From Ostrea edulis (lineage: Eukaryota), in NCBI RefSeq assembly GCF_947568905.1, contig NC_079164.1, forward strand, positions 94,922,001-94,986,000: a DNA stretch of 64,000 nt, read 5' to 3'. The notes under the pieces are model-generated. The model made no database searches, was not told the origin of the DNA, and worked only from the letters and a program-made list of their open reading frames with translations. This document shows positions 58,525 to 64,000 of this stretch, in pieces; within the stretch, counting starts at the first letter, position 1; every line of letters begins with the position of its first letter. The position numbers and the translations under genes are program-made.

Positions 58525-61177
58525 TATTTTAGACATACAAAACATGTTGTATATGCAATAACTACATGTACGTAATTTAAGGCTAGTCAACATCAAAATT
58601 GTTACACATCACACTAGCACTACATGTACGAGAATTCGAATGTAGTGAAACTGTGCTTACACATAAAATATATTTTAAAACACTAGTTCATTGAAGAACT
58701 GTTTGAATAGGTCACACAGGATTTTTTTACTGGAGTTGGACTTTTATAAAAGTAATATGTTACAAATTTACATAACCATAACCAATGAGATTCATATATA
58801 AAACCTCAACTATTATCTTTTAATATACAACTGTTGGTGTTATGATTTTCAAATTTGTAGTCCGTCGATGAGGACGTTAAATGACTGTTCCATATCAAGA
58901 TCACAACCCCATGGCACGTAAAATGTATATGGTTTTCGAAAATAGCTGGTTCATTGCGGGCCGCCACAGGGTCTCAAAATTTTAAAATCCGTTCCATGCA
59001 TCTCTATCAGTTTGTCACCGAAATATGACTAAAATATAAAAGACTACTGATCTTGGTACAAAGATATATACTTACAACAAGTATATTTCTAATATGTATA
59101 TTTTCATGCATCCTTCCCATTATTTCTTAACGCTGTGCTGCTTTTTCTTCTTTTCTTTATGTACTGTATAAATTTGGTATTTAGGCCCGATGAGTCGAGT
59201 GTTTGATTTATTTCTAAACTGCCTGTTAACATAAAGTTTGTGAATAGACACATGTCACTATAAGTAAATAAATTACTATAGTGATGAACCTGCGGCGTAT
59301 AAGCGGCATCTTCGTGAATATTAAGGTTTGATCTCTGCAACTTCCTGGGTCACTGCTTTCTGGTAATGAACTTTATCCTCAACAATGCCATGTAAACTTT
59401 GCGTTTGTGAAGTCAGTGAACTTTGATATTTGAACTGTGATGGTTGATGAACTTTTTAGCAACACTTTTGTATTTGTGTTGTATATGCATTTGTTATTGG
59501 GGCATGCTCTTTGATTGGCGACCCATTACTCATGTTGATATTTGATTTGTATTTGTAATTACATGTAATTCAAAACAACCGTGCCCATAATATCGTCATA
59601 TCTATTATAATTAACTTCAAACAATTATTTTATTTTGTTACACTTTTCTGAGATAAAATGTTTTATAGACATAACGCGGTACTGTAAGAATCGTGATCAT
59701 TTGTTACAGGGCTAATTTGTGTTACATATACTTTTTTAAAATTCTTAAGTGACACTAATAATTTTTTAAAAATCTGGTATCTTTAACAGATGACTTGCAT
59801 CGCTATAGAAATACAAAAATTCTGATGAAAATAAAAAGATTTTACTTTAAGGAAGTAAAAATGTATTATGTAAGTAACAATGCAGAAGAATAACGCTGGC
59901 TTATATTTCTCCTACCGGTCGAGTTAAAACTTACATATACAAAAAGTATGTACATTATGGGGGTAAGTAAGACTTATTTTGAATCAGTGAACATTTATTT
60001 CTTCAGATCAACTCAACTTACATATAACTCTCTCATGTACAATCCTGAGCTGTGAATCTGGAGAGAATCGTGTTGAGATTATGATTTTCTCTGTGCTTTA
60101 TGTAATTTTTAAAACTAGGTCATTTACATATTGCAACATCTGTATATCTGAAATTCAGAGAGAATCTTAATTCTGTATCTCTATTCGACACCTCACTAAA
60201 CACCCGGCATTAGGCCTTAAATATATCTAAACAATATGAAGGTAAGCATGGGTACAATGACGAATCCTCACTATTACAGCCCTTTGTGTCATGCCTAAAC
60301 TTTGTGACCTCAAGTCTGGTTTTCAGCTGCTGACGTCCCCACATAAAGAAGACTTTTCAAATAATGCGTAAAAATAGAAATCTCAAATGATGCGTAGAAC
60401 AACTAAAACTTGTACGATCCTCTCAAACCGAGGATAAAATACATGAACTTGGATAGAACTGTCGCTCTCTGGGTGAAAAGTAGGATATATATATATATAG
60501 TTACAGTCCCAGCCCTTATAAAAACACCCTTCGATTAACAGTACAACTTTCTTCACTTGATTGATGTCGCCGTAGTTTTTTGCATCAACGCCTCAAAATT
60601 TTAATATAGAAAATTCCTAACATATTTTCATCTAATATCACGACACACAAATATTCATTAAATCCCCATGCAAACGGAAAACTTGCAGCTTCAATAAACG
60701 CCTCTTGACGTGGGTATATTAGGTTACCAGTCAGTTTCCCTTTTCACACATATTCAAATAACCTAATTGTCAAATAAATAAGGCGTGTAAAACATCGTAA
60801 TATTATACAAATCTCGGTTTATGTGCGGAAATCTTGTTATTCATATGTGATAACCTTTATTTATATTCGGTGATCTTGATATTCGTATGGGAAAATTTTA
60901 ATTTATATTCGAAAATCTTGATATTTATATGCGAAAATTTTGATGCATATTCAATAATCTTGATATTTATATGTGAAAAGTTTGTTGTATGCAGAAATGG
61001 AAAATTTATTTTCTTCCTTTTAATAAACTTCCAAATAACAATGAAAATCTTCATTTAGAAATAGCTTTAGATGCATTTATTCTATGCACATCAATATTAT
61101 TGTATACGTTTTGGCGCAAGAAGTGCATGCTTATGAAGTTATATCGTCAACACCGCTATCCGACGCAATCGTAACTA

Positions 61178-62500
61178 CATCAGTGTACTCGGCTATTTCC
61201 GTAACCGCAAATTAACCTCATATGTTGATCGACACCATCAGAGTCTGTTGCCATGTGTATACAAATGTATCTGAGGTCACAGTTGTATGTTACTATATGG
61301 AACGAAAGCTTTAAATGCGTCTAAGATTTAAGAAATGAAACTTCTAGCGCATTGATGAAAAAGTTTTCCGTCCAATGTTTCGTTTGATACATGCATCAAA
61401 CAAAGAATTATAAGTTTTATTTCTTATCATTTAATAATGTTTTTAAGATAGAAAAACAAATAGTTTCTCCCATCAAAATGCTTGAATTAACGTTTCTGAA
61501 ATGGCGCGTAGGAATACATATAGGCAAGAATGAAAACAACAACAAAACGGCATGGTTGTGCGTTCAGGTCAGGAACAGTTACTGTGCAGATTTAAATGGA
61601 TTATACACCAAATTAAAGGTGCAATGGTTAAAAGCTGAATTAAATATAAAGGAAGATAACAAGTGGTGACTGGATTTATGCTGCATCGTGTTGGAGGAGA
61701 CGTTGAACACTGGTTGTGTCGTTGGAACGGTGGAATGCAATTCGGCTCAATTTCAATATCGAGGAAAAAGTTCAAAACACACTCGTTGACTGAGCCCCAT
61801 ATAACACGGTTCAATTTCGTTGATATTTACCAGATCAGAAGTCACCACTTGTTCCGTCATGTTTTCGATCTCGTAAAGCAGACGATTCATACCGGGAACT
61901 CGTATAATCTGTCTACTTCTACCAGTAAGTGGTCTACGTCATCAAGTTGACTATTCTGCCACGTCATCGCCTATGTATGTTGTTTCTTTAAATTAATTTG
62001 TATTTTATTCATATCTTTAGTTGTGCTAATTTTTGATAGCAATGAAAAACAAAAATCAAACAAATGCATTTCGTTATATATAATGCTTGTGTGGAAAATC
62101 CCGTTCTATAAATAGCACTAAAATTAGAACGGAGAAGACGCACTCCAGAGAAAAGTAGTCCCGCGTGTTTAGTGCAGATGAACTCTGAACGAAATTTTGA
62201 CAGAGAAATCAAACGAATTTTTCAACCAATCAGCATCGTTTATAAGTCATCACTTTAAAAGTTATTAAATGATATACATATCTAAGGTATTCTACCACTA
62301 TCAATTTCTGCTTATATGTTATGAATTAGAGTGAATAAGACGTTAATGTTACTAAAACTGAATCTGTAGTGAAAATCTAAATAGCACATTATACAGGGAT
62401 TCAGTTCTGACCTTTTAACTTCATTCACAAGCGCGATTCCGGAGAAGAAATACATCGATTTGATGCAATTCTTGCGCCGATCCACGTCCGAGTTAGCTAT
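61178..62500. mobile_element. longer relative of the 15620-17690 TIR element
   Basis: Both end regions match the 15.6-17.7 kb host element in inverted orientation; the internal ~1 kb is unassigned. Confidence 0.55.
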
Positions 62501-62639
62501 GACGTCATAACCTACTGCACTACGTTTCGATCAATTTAATTAAAATCAGATCCTAAGATACGCTCACAATCGCTACAATAGGGGGTTGTGATCTTTGACT
62601 CTTTGGCACAGGACACCCTTTAATGTGCCATCTGACGAC

Positions 62640-63160
62640 ATAAAAGTTAAAAAATACATGAACAAGTAAAGCATATCATTTCGTGGACATGTATATGCAC
62701 AGTTGTATTATAAAAGTATTCAAATTTTTCTGTAAAAATCGCATTCTTGTAAATATTGTATAATGAAATGATTTTCAATATTTGTGAAAAGTTCTTGCAT
62801 TGATTGCACATTATCAAAAAGTCTTTTTCGTATGGGCGTAAAATCACTGCATTCTAAAAGAATGTTATATATCGTTAATGAACAGTCACAAGATATACAT
62901 TCAGGCTGAAGTTCTCTGTTTAATAGGTAATAATGGGTTAATTTTGAATGTCCAACGCACATTCTCGAAATAATCACTTCGTCCTGGCGTTTCATTACGA
63001 TGTTACACGGTTTGTTTACTGTTTTGAATAGAATAAAGTTTACCTGAGTCACAGAAATCCCAATAGATTTGCCAAAGAGAACTTGCATATAGTTTTATGA
63101 AATATTTTATATCGATGTAGGGAGTTTTAAAGTGTACAATATCATCTTTGCCACTATGTC
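62640..63160 (-). mobile_element. I-group (Nimb/I-like) LINE ORF2 C-terminus, degenerate
   Basis: PYIDIK..WQIYWD..KL, then RQDEVIISRMCVGHSKLTH..PECISC..LTIYNILLEC zinc-knuckle signature. Confidence 0.75.
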
Positions 63161-64000
63161 TGCTTTGGTGAAAGAACAACTTCACTAGAATACACTAGAA
63201 TATCAAAGTAAATAGGAACTCGATTTTAGCCAAAAACGTCAGGACCAAGTTTCGCTGTCAAGAATCCAAATTTGTGCATTCAAAATTAACTTATTTTGCA
63301 TTGTTGATTCCTGTACTTCAGCACGATTGTATTTTGTGACTGTCTTTTAGAGAGACAACTGTAACGGGAAGCAGTGTATGCTGGGACAGAAATTAGTCTA
63401 GTTCTCCCATAGTACAAGTTTATCGTCTTGATTAAAAGAACTCACTGTCAATAGTACTTGGGACCAGAACTTATTATACTACATAGATTATGACAGACAG
63501 TTTCCGTGTAGTACCCAGGCTCGGTTGTGATTCCCAGGTGATTTTCAACACGTTGTTTGAAATGAAAATACCTGTAAAGTTTACAAATTTATCATACCAA
63601 AGTAAATATTGTTTTAGAGTAGTTAATAACAAATAAGTTTTCCATTGAGAATGAATGAGTATAACGAGAGTGGAATGTAAAATGTGCGCAAAATAAATGC
63701 ACAGAATTATGAGAAATTAATAAGTACTGAAATGATAACAAAACTAAAGTTATGACACGAACAAGCGTCCATGCACTATCAAACTATACAGTGATATAAA
63801 ACTAGCGGGCTTCCATATACCTCAAAGTTATATAGGACTGGTCTAAATATGCACACTGGGCTAAATCTATAAGTACTAACTCTGTTAAATACACTGACAG
63901 TGTACTAATAGACCATGGGCCAGTAACACTCCCCCCCCTCAAGGTTTTTTTCTACCCTATGATATTTTGAAAGTGTGTATAAAATAAAGATAAATGAAGG

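Noticed and set aside
59104-59340. 78-aa minus-strand ORF
   Set aside because: No motif, no convincing splice sites or start.
61570-61900. Degenerate minus-strand frame (MNRLLYEIENMTEQVVTSDL..) inside the 61178-62500 element
   Set aside because: Interrupted by stops and I cannot assign it to a transposase family.

Overview
AT-rich, intron-containing, transposon-dense eukaryotic DNA, most likely from a bivalve and probably an oyster (inferred from the repeat and gene families; not verified). Host genes: (1) three small stand-alone alpha-kinase (eEF2K/MHCK-fold) genes, two near-identical tandem copies at 870-1787 and 5490-6407 and a divergent copy at 33941-33189 (-). All three lack both catalytic aspartates but keep the ATP-site Lys and the Zn ligands. 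They end in PPxY motifs and have NF-kB-like sites upstream (IRF-like too in copy A). This is the best candidate for an undescribed system: an immune-inducible pseudokinase adaptor for WW-domain ubiquitin ligases. (2) A head-to-head pair of spliced type-I membrane protein genes that the ORF track fragments: an EGF-like one (-) and a Cys-rich one (+). Mobile DNA: a complete ~10.9 kb AcademH-type transposon (42250-53142; 10-bp TSD; spliced transposase plus convergent RecQ-like helicase, one frameshift each); an intact Tc1 DD34E element; a 1.7 kb foldback element with 534-bp TIRs; TTAA-flanked Kolobok-like elements, two of which carry a tRNA-derived Pol III promoter; Helentron/pearl-like elements; many Penelope-like 3' ends; SINEs; LINE fragments; and mini/microsatellites. 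No rRNA, genuine tRNA gene or CRISPR array is supported. All alignments were done by eye and no database searches were run.
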